Shown: positions 49,789 to 58,743 of the stretch, piece after piece
Layout: each line of letters opens with the position of its first letter
Numbering within the stretch: the stretch's first letter is position 1
Assembly: GCA_947501605.1 (NCBI GenBank)
Contig: CANMWZ010000021.1
Location: 1 to 64,000, forward strand
Direction: 5' to 3'
DNA: 64,000 bases
Source: Planctomycetota bacterium
Lineage (GTDB): Bacteria > Planctomycetota > UBA1135 > UBA2386
The notes under the pieces: model-generated
What the model was told of the DNA's origin: nothing
What the model saw: the letters and a program-made list of their open reading frames with translations, nothing else
The model's database searches: none
Position numbers and translations under genes: made by a program

Positions 49789-51768
49789 ATGCCCGACCTG
49801 CCGAGAACCACTAGGCCAACGGAGACCCGGCGAGTCACCGCGATCGCGAGCAGCGCTCTGTGCACGCTGGTCCTCTGCGGCTGCAGCAGCTCGCGCGCGG
49901 AAGGCAGCGGCGGCGTCCACCTGCGGCGATTCGAGCCCGAGGCGCGGATCGAGTCCGAGGTGCGCAACGAGAAGTACACGGGTGGCGCGGGCGCCAGAAC
50001 GGACCAGAAGATCTTCCGCGAAAACGTCCAGTTCGATTTCGAAGGCGACGCCTACCACCCGAAGCTGGCAACCTTCCGCGGACTGCTCGACCTTGGGCTC
50101 GAGCAACGCGAAGTGGACCAGGCAGGCGCCCCGGAAACCGTGCGCGCCAACAACGACAACAACCGCTACGACCTGCACGTCGAACTCCTGAAGGACCACC
50201 CGTACTCGGTGCACGTGTTCGCGTTGCGCAACCAGGCGCGCGTTCGCCAGACCTTCTTTCCGACCAGCGACGCGGTCGTGACCAAAGAAGGAGCCACGTT
50301 GATGGCCAAGGAATGGGTCATTCCGTCGCAGATCGAGGTGTCGCACTACGATTTCAAAGGACGCTACAACGACGTTCGCGAGGAACAGCGCGACATTGTC
50401 AATGCGACCGGCGCAGCCAACAGCGATGCGTTCAGCACCTACTACCAGGTGTTCACGCAGAGCGTCGACAGCAACCTCGCCGGCGGTCGCTACGACGACT
50501 TCCAGGCGATCGGCGGCATGAACTGGCGGTTCGGCCCCGACTACGCCGACTCGTTCGGCATCGACGCGCAGCACCGCACGCAGACCGGTGACACGGAGAA
50601 CGAGAACACGAGCCTCGCCGCTCGATCTCGCCTGCTGTTCAACGAGGACCTCGAGAACCGGAGCGGGCTGTCCGCCGGTCGCAGCTCCTTCGGCACCGAC
50701 GCGGATCGCACCGATCGCACGGACGCCTACAGCGAGATGGAGCACCGGCTCTACGAGAGCCTCACGACGACCGTCCGCGGCGACTGGCTCGAGCAGCACA
50801 TCGGCGAAGGCGACCTGAATCGCACCGGCGGCAGCGCCCGCACCCGCTACAAGAAGAACGTGGCCTTCGGCGAGGTGAACGCGAGCTACCTCTTGTCCCG
50901 GTCGCGGCAGGAGGAACAGGGCCGGTTCGGCGCCAACGTCACGGTGAGCGACGAGCCTCACGTGTACGTCCTCGGCAACCCCATCCTGCTCGCCAATCAG
51001 AACATCGACGCGAGCCGGATCCTCGTCACCGACGCGACGGGGGCGATCATCTACTCAACGCCGACCGACTACCTCGTCGAGACCATCGGAACGGTCACTC
51101 GACTCGTGATCCCCGGCACGAGCCTGATCATTCCGGGCCAGACGATCCTGGTGACCTACGCCTACGCCATCGCCAACGACCAGACGTTCGACTCCGACAT
51201 GCAGTTCGCGTTGCTGCAGTTCGTGTTCGGGGAGACGTTGACCCTCGAGGGCCACTGGAGTGCACTCGACCAGGACCTAGTCGCCGGCGTTTCGAACGCC
51301 ACGCTGGACCACGCAGAAGAAGTCGGTGTCGCGGCGCGCATCCGCTACGGCATGCAGAACTTCGACGTCGAGTACGAGGACCACGACTCGCTCCTCGCGC
51401 CATACACGCGCGCCCGGACGACGTGGTTCACGTGGACACCGCTGACCCACAACATCACGTTGAACACCAACGCGTCGGTCTACGACACTCTCTACAAGGA
51501 CGAGGACCTTCACGAGCGAGGCCAGTCGGCGCTGGTCGGGCTCAGCTGGCAGCGCTTTGAGTCCTTTACCTGGGACCTTCGCGCCGAGGCTCGCCACAGC
51601 GAACTGCGCACCGAGGAGGGCTTCGGCACGTTCCTGCAGAGCATCACCCAGTACCGCTGGCGAAAGTCCGCTCTCGACCTGACGGTTCTCGCGAGCCAAG
51701 AGAGCTGGGACGTTTCGAGCGATCGCGACATCCTTCGCGTCACGTTGACCTTCCGGAGAAAGTTCTGA
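49789..51768 (+). CDS. Outer-membrane beta-barrel (porin of a porin-cytochrome conduit)
   Basis: Alternating amphipathic beta-strand pattern throughout, C-terminal RVTLTFRRKF with terminal Phe, located between multiheme cytochromes. Confidence 0.75.
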   Translation: MPDLPRTTRPTETRRVTAIASSALCTLVLCGCSSSRAEGSGGVHLRRFEPEARIESEVRNEKYTGGAGARTDQKIFRENVQFDFEGDAYHPKLATFRGLLDLGLEQREVDQAGAPETVRANNDNNRYDLHVELLKDHPYSVHVFALRNQARVRQTFFPTSDAVVTKEGATLMAKEWVIPSQIEVSHYDFKGRYNDVREEQRDIVNATGAANSDAFSTYYQVFTQSVDSNLAGGRYDDFQAIGGMNWRFGPDYADSFGIDAQHRTQTGDTENENTSLAARSRLLFNEDLENRSGLSAGRSSFGTDADRTDRTDAYSEMEHRLYESLTTTVRGDWLEQHIGEGDLNRTGGSARTRYKKNVAFGEVNASYLLSRSRQEEQGRFGANVTVSDEPHVYVLGNPILLANQNIDASRILVTDATGAIIYSTPTDYLVETIGTVTRLVIPGTSLIIPGQTILVTYAYAIANDQTFDSDMQFALLQFVFGETLTLEGHWSALDQDLVAGVSNATLDHAEEVGVAARIRYGMQNFDVEYEDHDSLLAPYTRARTTWFTWTPLTHNITLNTNASVYDTLYKDEDLHERGQSALVGLSWQRFESFTWDLRAEARHSELRTEEGFGTFLQSITQYRWRKSALDLTVLASQESWDVSSDRDILRVTLTFRRKF

Positions 51769-52784
51769 TGCCACGCCTCGTCCTGGCCCTGTCGTCACTG
51801 ATTGCCGCCGCATGTGCCGGGCCGGCGGAGTTCGTGCACCGGCCGAAGGAGCCCGTAGCCTGGCCGTACGCCGACGCGACGCCGCGGGTCGAACTCGAGT
51901 TGGTGTACGGTGGAAGCCAGGACGTCGTCCGGCACCCGGGCTTCTTCGCCTGGTTGGCCAACGCGTTCGGCGGCGAGAACGAAGTGCACCTCGTCAGTCC
52001 AGCCGGAATGTGCCACATCGGCGAGATGCTCTGGATCGCGGACCCAGGCGCCGCCTGCGTGCACCGGTTGTCGTTCGTGAGCGGCGAACACCTCCAGTTC
52101 GCGGGCTCGACCGAGCATCCCTTCGCGACGCCGATCGGCGTGGCCAATGCAGGCGACGGCGGCATCTACGTCACCGATTCGGGAACCGGCTACGTCACGC
52201 AACTGACGGCGGAGGGCAATGCCACCCGCTGCTTTGGTGGCCCGGAACTAGCTGGGCGACCGACGGGCATCTGCTTCGATCGCGCGCGGCGACAGCTCGT
52301 CGTGGTCGACACCACCGGCTGCCGACTGCACGTGTTCGATGCCGAGGGGAAATGGATCCGCTCCGTGGGGACGCGCGGCACCGAACCCGGCCAGTTCAAC
52401 TACCCGACGCATGCGGACCTGATGCGCGACGGCGGCATCGTGGTGGTCGACAGCCTCAACTTCCGGGTGCAGCGCCTCTCTCCCGATCTGGAGCCGGTGG
52501 CTTCGTTCGGACGCGTGGGCCGCGGGCCCGGCGACTTCGCCAACCCGAAGGGTGTGGCCGTCGACGCCGCCGATAGGATCTGGGTCGTCGATTCGATGTT
52601 CGACAACGTGCAAGTCTTCGACCCAGACGGTCGGCTCCTTCTGGCGGTTGGCTCGTCGGGCAATGCCGATGGCCAGCTTTACCTGCCGACGGGCATCCAC
52701 ATCGATGCCGACGGCCGTATCCACGTGGCGGATGCCGGCAACTCGCGCATCCAGATCCTGCTCCTGAAGGAAGGTGTCCAGTGA
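51768..52784 (+). CDS. NHL-repeat six-bladed beta-propeller lipoprotein
   Basis: Repeats GQFNYPT, VDSLNFRVQ, GDFANPKGVAVD, VDSMFDNVQVFD, GQLYLPTGIHID; lipobox IAAAC. Confidence 0.9.
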   Translation: MPRLVLALSSLIAAACAGPAEFVHRPKEPVAWPYADATPRVELELVYGGSQDVVRHPGFFAWLANAFGGENEVHLVSPAGMCHIGEMLWIADPGAACVHRLSFVSGEHLQFAGSTEHPFATPIGVANAGDGGIYVTDSGTGYVTQLTAEGNATRCFGGPELAGRPTGICFDRARRQLVVVDTTGCRLHVFDAEGKWIRSVGTRGTEPGQFNYPTHADLMRDGGIVVVDSLNFRVQRLSPDLEPVASFGRVGRGPGDFANPKGVAVDAADRIWVVDSMFDNVQVFDPDGRLLLAVGSSGNADGQLYLPTGIHIDADGRIHVADAGNSRIQILLLKEGVQ

Positions 52785-54487
52785 AGGCGGTGACTGTTCC
52801 CTTGCTCGCGTTCGTCGTGGTCGCAGCGAGCGCTTTTGCCCAGCACTCGATCGTCGGCACCAAACACAACCTGTCGGCGAGCGGGCCCGGCACGTTCAAG
52901 GCGGCGACCGAGAACCAGATCTGCGTGTTCTGCCACGCGCCGCACCACGGCCGTACGCAGACCCCACTGTGGAACCGCAACGACTCGACCGCGAGCTATC
53001 TCACCTACACGAGCTCGACGTTCCAGGGCACGATCGCACAGCCGAACGGCTCGACCAAGCTGTGCCTGTCGTGCCACGATGGCACGATTGCGATCGGCAG
53101 CGTCGTGAGCACGAACCAGGAACTGGCGATGGCCGGCGGCAATCGGTTCATTCCTGCTGGCCGGTCGACGCACATCGGCACCAATCTCCGCGACGACCAT
53201 CCGGTCTCCTTCAACTACGCGAACTCTCGCGGCGGCAGCGGGGCAGGCTTCGTCCCGGCGGGCGCGATCCCGCCCCCGGTCAACCTCGACCACAACGGCG
53301 AGATGCAGTGCACTTCGTGCCACGAGCCGCACAACAACGAGAACGGCAACTTCCTGCGCGTGCCGTATCGCAATGGCCAACTGTGCCTCTCGTGCCACTC
53401 CCCGACGCACTGGGGCACCGCGTCGCACAAGCTGTCGACCGCGACCTGGAACGGCCAGGGCTCCGATCCGTGGCCGAAGGCGGACTACGAGTCCGTGGCC
53501 GAGAATGCCTGCCTCAACTGCCACACGCCGCACGGCGCCGGCAGCAGTTCGCGCATCCTCAACTTCATGCCCGACGAGGCCAACTGCGCCCGCTGCCACA
53601 ACGGCAACGTCGCGCAGAAGGACATCTTCCGCCAGATCCAGAAGCCCTACGCGCACCCGGTCATCCAGAGCAACGGCATCCACGACCCGGTCGAGAACCC
53701 ACTGACCATGGTGCGCCACGTGGAGTGCCAGGACTGCCACAACCCCCACGCGGCTCGCTCGGGTTCGGCGCCTGCGCCCAACGTTCCCGGTCCACTGACG
53801 GGCCAGAGCGGCGTCGACACGAATGGCAACCCCGTCGCCCAGATCTCGTTCGGCTACGAGGTCTGCTACAAGTGCCACGCCGACAACAACAGCGGCACGC
53901 CCTACATCTCGCGGCAGCACCCGCAGACGAATGTGCGGCTCGAGTTCGATCCGTCCAATCCCTCGTTCCATCCGATCGAATCCACCGGACGCAATCTCGA
54001 CATGCCGAGCCTGCGCCCAGGTTGGAGCCCGGCGAGCCGGGTGGCCTGTTGGGACTGCCACGTGAGTGACGAAGCGCCGAGCTATGGCGGCACGGGCCCC
54101 GCCGGGCCACATGGCTCGATCCACCAACCGCTCCTCGGTGCGAACTACAGCCGCATCGACAACGTCCGCGAGAACGCGGGCCTCTACGCGCTCTGCTACA
54201 ACTGCCACTCGCGGTCGAGCATCCTCAACGACGAGTCGTTCGGCGAACACGAACGGCATCTCGACCACGTCAACACCGGCTGCTCGACGTGCCACGACCC
54301 GCACGGCGTCTCGGCAACCCAGGGCAACGCCACGAACAACACGCACCTGATCAACTTCAACGTCGCGATCGTGCAGCCGAACCCGAACAACGGCATCCTC
54401 GCCTACACGGACCTGGGCCGCTTCCGCGGCCAGTGCACGTTGATGTGCCACGGCGAGGTCCACAACAACCGGCAGTACCCCCGCTGA
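52781..54487 (+). CDS. About 12-heme cytochrome c with an N-terminal OmcE-like tetraheme domain
   Basis: SIVGTKHNLS..QICVFCHAPH..PLWNR..KLCLSCHDG..DDHPV..CTSCHEPH..FLR..LCLSCH, then 7 more CXXCH and CTLMCH. Confidence 0.9.
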   Translation: MKAVTVPLLAFVVVAASAFAQHSIVGTKHNLSASGPGTFKAATENQICVFCHAPHHGRTQTPLWNRNDSTASYLTYTSSTFQGTIAQPNGSTKLCLSCHDGTIAIGSVVSTNQELAMAGGNRFIPAGRSTHIGTNLRDDHPVSFNYANSRGGSGAGFVPAGAIPPPVNLDHNGEMQCTSCHEPHNNENGNFLRVPYRNGQLCLSCHSPTHWGTASHKLSTATWNGQGSDPWPKADYESVAENACLNCHTPHGAGSSSRILNFMPDEANCARCHNGNVAQKDIFRQIQKPYAHPVIQSNGIHDPVENPLTMVRHVECQDCHNPHAARSGSAPAPNVPGPLTGQSGVDTNGNPVAQISFGYEVCYKCHADNNSGTPYISRQHPQTNVRLEFDPSNPSFHPIESTGRNLDMPSLRPGWSPASRVACWDCHVSDEAPSYGGTGPAGPHGSIHQPLLGANYSRIDNVRENAGLYALCYNCHSRSSILNDESFGEHERHLDHVNTGCSTCHDPHGVSATQGNATNNTHLINFNVAIVQPNPNNGILAYTDLGRFRGQCTLMCHGEVHNNRQYPR

Positions 54488-54526
54488 GTCGTTCGCCGCC
54501 GACGCGAGGTCGGCGGCGCCCTCGAC

Positions 54527-55684
54527 TCACTTGTTCGTCGAAGCCGGCAGGGGCACGGACTCGGCCCCGGCGGGCGTCGTCTTCCCCGGCAGGTCATAGA
54601 CCGCGTAGCGGTCCTTCGACGCGGGCGCCTCGGAGCGACCGAGCGCGTAGAAGCTCAGCTTGCGCGGACCGTAGAAGCTCGTGACCGCGATCAGGCGCTC
54701 CGCCACGAATCCGGGTTCGAGCTGATCGCGGAACCGCTCGAGACCTTCGGTGCCGATCCACAGGCCGCGCGGCAGATAGAGATCGCCGGGCTCGACGCCA
54801 CCGTCGCCGAAGAACATCAGCGGATGCCCGTTCTTGCTGAGCATCTGGCAGTTCTCGTAGAGCGAGTCGAGCACGAACACGATGGGCCCGTCGACGGCAA
54901 CGGCCTTGGGCCGGCCGAAGGAACCCGGCGCGTCGCCGGACTCGCCGATCTTGCGCACGAAGTCGAACTTCTCGTCGAACACGATCACGCGCTGGTAGAT
55001 CGCATCGACCACGTAGACGTAGCCGTGCTCGTCGACGGCGAGCCCGGTCGGCGCGCGCAACGAACTCTCGGTGCTGTTGGGGTCGGTGTGCAGCGTGTCG
55101 ACCTGTTCGCCGGTCGTGGCATCGACGACGCGGACGTTGCGAATGGCACTGTCGGCGACCAGCACGCGGTTCTTCCACAGGGCCACGGCCAGCGGCACGC
55201 AGGCCTTCGGATCCCCCCAGGGTCCCAGTTCGCGCACAAGGTTCCATTCGCGATCGAAGACGATCACCTGGCGCCGGCCGCGATCGGCGATGTAGACGAG
55301 GCCGTCGACGCCGAGATGCATGTCGGTCGGCACCTGCATTGCGGCTCGTCCGCTGGGCACGATGGCGTCGAGCTGGCGCGTCGTCAGGTCGAGCCGATGG
55401 ATGACCATCAGTTGGGCGTCGAGCGCGTAGGCGACACCGTCGCGCACGAACACACCGATCGGTCGCTGGATCGGCCGGTCGGCCTCAGCCTCCTCGCCGA
55501 ACAGGAAGCGATCGAGTGCCGAGGGTCCGGACTCGATGTCCTTGCTGCCGGAATAGGAGGCCAGGAACTGCACGCGCGGCGGATCCGGCGGCGGTGGCCA
55601 CATCGGCGGCGGGGCGTCGACCTCGGCCTTGGATACGGCGCAGGCGGCCGCGAACAGAAGGAGTAGGAGGTACCTCGCAGCCAT
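54527..55684 (-). CDS. NHL-repeat beta-propeller lipoprotein
   Basis: WPPPPDPPRVQFL N-terminus, PTGLAVD, GSFGRPKAVAVD, LYLPRGL; lipobox FAAAC. Confidence 0.88.
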   Translation of the reverse strand: MAARYLLLLLFAAACAVSKAEVDAPPPMWPPPPDPPRVQFLASYSGSKDIESGPSALDRFLFGEEAEADRPIQRPIGVFVRDGVAYALDAQLMVIHRLDLTTRQLDAIVPSGRAAMQVPTDMHLGVDGLVYIADRGRRQVIVFDREWNLVRELGPWGDPKACVPLAVALWKNRVLVADSAIRNVRVVDATTGEQVDTLHTDPNSTESSLRAPTGLAVDEHGYVYVVDAIYQRVIVFDEKFDFVRKIGESGDAPGSFGRPKAVAVDGPIVFVLDSLYENCQMLSKNGHPLMFFGDGGVEPGDLYLPRGLWIGTEGLERFRDQLEPGFVAERLIAVTSFYGPRKLSFYALGRSEAPASKDRYAVYDLPGKTTPAGAESVPLPASTNK

Positions 55685-55818
55685 ATCGATTCAGGAAGTC
55701 GGGCGACGAGATGCGTCGGAGGGAACAGCTCGCGTCGGAATGGAGCCGTCGCGTCCATCGATCGGTCGGCAGGATCCGCGCGTGCAGCCGACCCGCGAAC
55801 GCAATCGAGCCACGACCT

Positions 55819-56496
55819 CTACTTGTCGTGGCAGGTGAGGCAGAGCCCCGACGGCGCCGACGCCTTTCGGATCGCGACGCGCAACAGATAGGTCGGTCCG
55901 CTGTCGGGCGTCTGCACGTCCTTGTTGTGGACGTCGTGGCAGGTGCGGCACTGCACCTTGCCGCCCTCGAGCACGTCGTTGATCACGCGCCCCGGCACGG
56001 TGCCGAACTGACGGGTGGCAGGATTGTGCAGGCCACGATCAGCGATGTTGTCGTAGGTGATCGAGACCGGGTGCGTGTTGGCCATGTTGCCGTTCGGCAG
56101 GCCGGGAACGACTGCAGACGCACGAACCTGCGAGATGAACGTCGCGCCGCCGCTGGTCTGGCCGTTGAAGTGCTCGAGTGCAACCGTGCCGTCGTGGCAG
56201 CTCAGGCACAGCTTCGCGGAACCATCGGGCGAGCTGATCGTGCCGTTCAGCGTGGGGCTCGCGTAGACGGTGAACGTCTGCTGCGACAGCGAACGACCCC
56301 AGAGCAGCGGGTTGTTCAACTGCGTCTGCGGCCGCGCCTTCTCGTGCGGGATGTGGCACACGCCGCAGATCTCGCCAGCCTTGCTGACGTTGAACGACGC
56401 GGCGGAGAAGTCGTGGACGCTGCCGACGATGCCCGACTGGGCGGTCGCGGCGAGAGTGAGAGACGCGAGTGCGATGAAGAGGCGAAGAGGATTCAT
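55819..56496 (-). CDS. OmcE-like tetraheme cytochrome c (candidate nanowire subunit)
   Basis: GIVGSVHDFS..EICGVCHIPH..LW.R..TFTVY..KLCLSCHDG..NTHPV..CRTCHDVHN..LLR..LCLTCHDK; motif order and ~225-aa size match Geobacter OmcE as I recall it. Confidence 0.85.
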   Translation of the reverse strand: MNPLRLFIALASLTLAATAQSGIVGSVHDFSAASFNVSKAGEICGVCHIPHEKARPQTQLNNPLLWGRSLSQQTFTVYASPTLNGTISSPDGSAKLCLSCHDGTVALEHFNGQTSGGATFISQVRASAVVPGLPNGNMANTHPVSITYDNIADRGLHNPATRQFGTVPGRVINDVLEGGKVQCRTCHDVHNKDVQTPDSGPTYLLRVAIRKASAPSGLCLTCHDK

Positions 56497-56949
56497 GATG
56501 AACTGGATGATGGTGCGTTGCCCAGACTAGCGACTTCCTGCCATGTGTCAGGGGGCACTCGATCCTTCGGGACCTCGCGCTCCCTTACCGGACCAAGGGT
56601 CTAGCGTCGGTTGAATTTCGACACGGCCCTGTCGATCGCGCGGGCCGCTCAAGCTGCGCACGAAGAGCAGCGGGCTGCTTCGCACATCGATGCTGCCTCA
56701 CTACGCCACACGCCGTAGCACGTCACCGAAAGTGCTCGAATGCCTACTCGGGCGATGCCGTCCACAGAAGACGGGCTGGGTTGAGAGCGGGTGGTGCGGG
56801 TGCGTGGCAACTGGCTGCGAGCGAGACGGGGGCGGCGTCACGTGGTCGTGCGGAGTCCGCCATTGCGGCCGCCGCGATGGCGCGCAGGAGAGACAGCGAT
56901 GTAGATGTTCGTCAGGTTCAACGTCGGGTTAACAGACTGCACTGCAGCC

Positions 56950-57140
56950 CCAGATACTCCTTCTGCGCGGCGAGGGGACGCGAGAACGCGTAGACGAGGA
57001 TGCCCGACGTCGCGCGATCGAGGCGATGCACCGGGAACAGAAACCTGCCGAGCTGGTCGCGCACGATCTGCAGCACGGCCGGCGCGTCGGGATGCCGCTT
57101 GCCGCGAGCCGGCGCGAGCCGCTACACGAAGCCTCGTGAA
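56950..57140. repeat. Right copy of the direct repeat: internally deleted truC fragment (including the HRLD codons) plus ligase upstream region
   Basis: Matches 34307-34489 with a 33-bp deletion and 4 substitutions, then 28 bp identical to 34742-34769. Confidence 0.9.
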
Positions 57141-58653
57141 CCTGTTCTCTCTGCTTGCGAACGCAGCCGCAATCGCTCCGCGTTCCCCAGCGCTCGTCAC
57201 CGATGACCAGGTCGTCACCTACGAGGAAGCGCTGCAACTGGTCGAGCGACTCGCCGCCCAGCTCCACGCGTGCGGTATCGGCGACGGCGATCGGCTCGCG
57301 GGTCTGTGCGCAAACACGCCAGCGCATTTCGTCGCCTACTTCGCCGCGGCGCGACTCGGCGCGATCTTCGTCCCGCTCAACTGGCGACTCAGCGACGCCG
57401 AGATGGCAGCTGTCGTGCAGCATGCAGAATGCAAGGCGCTGCTGTTCGAAGCCGAGTTCGCGCCGCTGGCACGATCGCTCACGGCGCGGCAGGCAACGAC
57501 GGCGCTGCCGATCGAAGCGTTGTTGGGTGAGGCGCCAGAGCTCGCAGCCGCACCGATGCCGCGCGCCGATGCCGACGCCATCGCGCACCTCTACTACACG
57601 AGCGGCACGACCGGTCGGCCCAAGGGCGTCATGCTGACGCACAGCAACGTCGGCACCCACGCGCATTCGGCAGTGCTCGAGCTCGCGCTGAACGCCCGCG
57701 ATCGGTGGGCGCACATCGCGCCGATGTTCCATCTCGCCGATGCGTGGGCGACGTTCGCGATCACCGAGGTTGCCGGCGCGCACGTCTTCTTGCCGCGCTT
57801 CGCCACGGCTGCTGCGCTCGATCTTCTGACGCGCCATCGCATCACGATCACCAACTTGGTGCCGACGATGCTCAATCTGATGGTGAAGGAGCCAGGCGCT
57901 GGCAGCCGCACGTTCTCGCTGCGCGCGATGCTCAGCGGCGGTGCGCCGATCGCACCCGAGGTCGTTGCGCAGGTCATTGCGACCTTTCGCTGCACCTACG
58001 TACAGACCTACGGCATGACCGAGACGAGCCCGTATCTGACGCTGAGCCTGCTCGACGACACGCTGCGCCAGTTGCCGCCGGCGCAGCAGCTCGCACTACA
58101 GTGCCGCACCGGGCGTCCGTTCCGCGGCGTCGATCTCCGCGTCGTGCACGAGAACGGCACCGCGATCCGCGCCGACGACCGCGAGGTCGGCGAGATCCGC
58201 GTGAAGGGTGCCACGGTGACCAAGGGCTATTGGCGCGATCCCGAAGCGACCGCCGCGGCCTTCGACCAGCATGGCTACCTGTGCACCGGCGACCTCGCGA
58301 CCCTCGATCGCCATGGCTTCGTCAACATCGTCGATCGCAAGAAGGACGTGATCAAGACGGGTGCCGAGACCGTGTTCTCGACGGAAGTCGAGAACGTGCT
58401 CTACCAACACGGGGCGATCCTCGAATGCGCGGTGTACGGCGTGCCCGACTCCCTCTGGGGCGAAGTCGTCGCGGCGGCGATCGTGCTGCGGCCGGGGCAT
58501 CAGACGGACGCGGCTGCGATCACCGCGCACTGCAAGGAACGCATCGCCCACTACAAGGCCCCGCGCGCCGTGCGCTTCGTCGACGCACTGCCGAAGACCG
58601 GCTCGGGCAAGATCCAGAAGCGGAAGCTGCGCGACGATCATCCACGCGGCTGA
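57136..58653 (+). CDS. Long-chain-fatty-acid--CoA ligase / AMP-binding enzyme
   Basis: YYTSGTTGRPKGV, QTYGMTET, TGDL, DRKKDVIKTG, LPKTGSGKIQK; GTG at 57136. Confidence 0.9.
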   Translation: MNLFSLLANAAAIAPRSPALVTDDQVVTYEEALQLVERLAAQLHACGIGDGDRLAGLCANTPAHFVAYFAAARLGAIFVPLNWRLSDAEMAAVVQHAECKALLFEAEFAPLARSLTARQATTALPIEALLGEAPELAAAPMPRADADAIAHLYYTSGTTGRPKGVMLTHSNVGTHAHSAVLELALNARDRWAHIAPMFHLADAWATFAITEVAGAHVFLPRFATAAALDLLTRHRITITNLVPTMLNLMVKEPGAGSRTFSLRAMLSGGAPIAPEVVAQVIATFRCTYVQTYGMTETSPYLTLSLLDDTLRQLPPAQQLALQCRTGRPFRGVDLRVVHENGTAIRADDREVGEIRVKGATVTKGYWRDPEATAAAFDQHGYLCTGDLATLDRHGFVNIVDRKKDVIKTGAETVFSTEVENVLYQHGAILECAVYGVPDSLWGEVVAAAIVLRPGHQTDAAAITAHCKERIAHYKAPRAVRFVDALPKTGSGKIQKRKLRDDHPRG

Positions 58654-58743
58654 GCGTCGCAAGAACGAGAGCTCTTGGGCCGTTCCTGCAACCGCCAGTA
58701 CGCAACTCGCTCTTGCACACCGGCACGCCCAACGCTCGACCCG

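Larger units (their letters stand above)
34770..56949. mobile_element. Putative ~22-kb genomic island carrying the multiheme cytochrome cluster
   Basis: Flanked by the direct repeat; separates truC from the acyl-CoA ligase whose upstream sequence is duplicated; carries a TA-like pair and decayed genes. No integrase or transposase seen. Confidence 0.6.

Noticed and set aside
56528..56545. Sigma54-like TGGCAGGAAGTCGCT upstream of the OmcE-like gene
   Set aside because: GG to GC spacing is 9 rather than the required 10
56555..56640. Possible c-di-GMP-I/GEMM riboswitch
   Set aside because: Only vague GAAA and GACGC fragments; no paired stem around the tetraloop and no GGCAAA element
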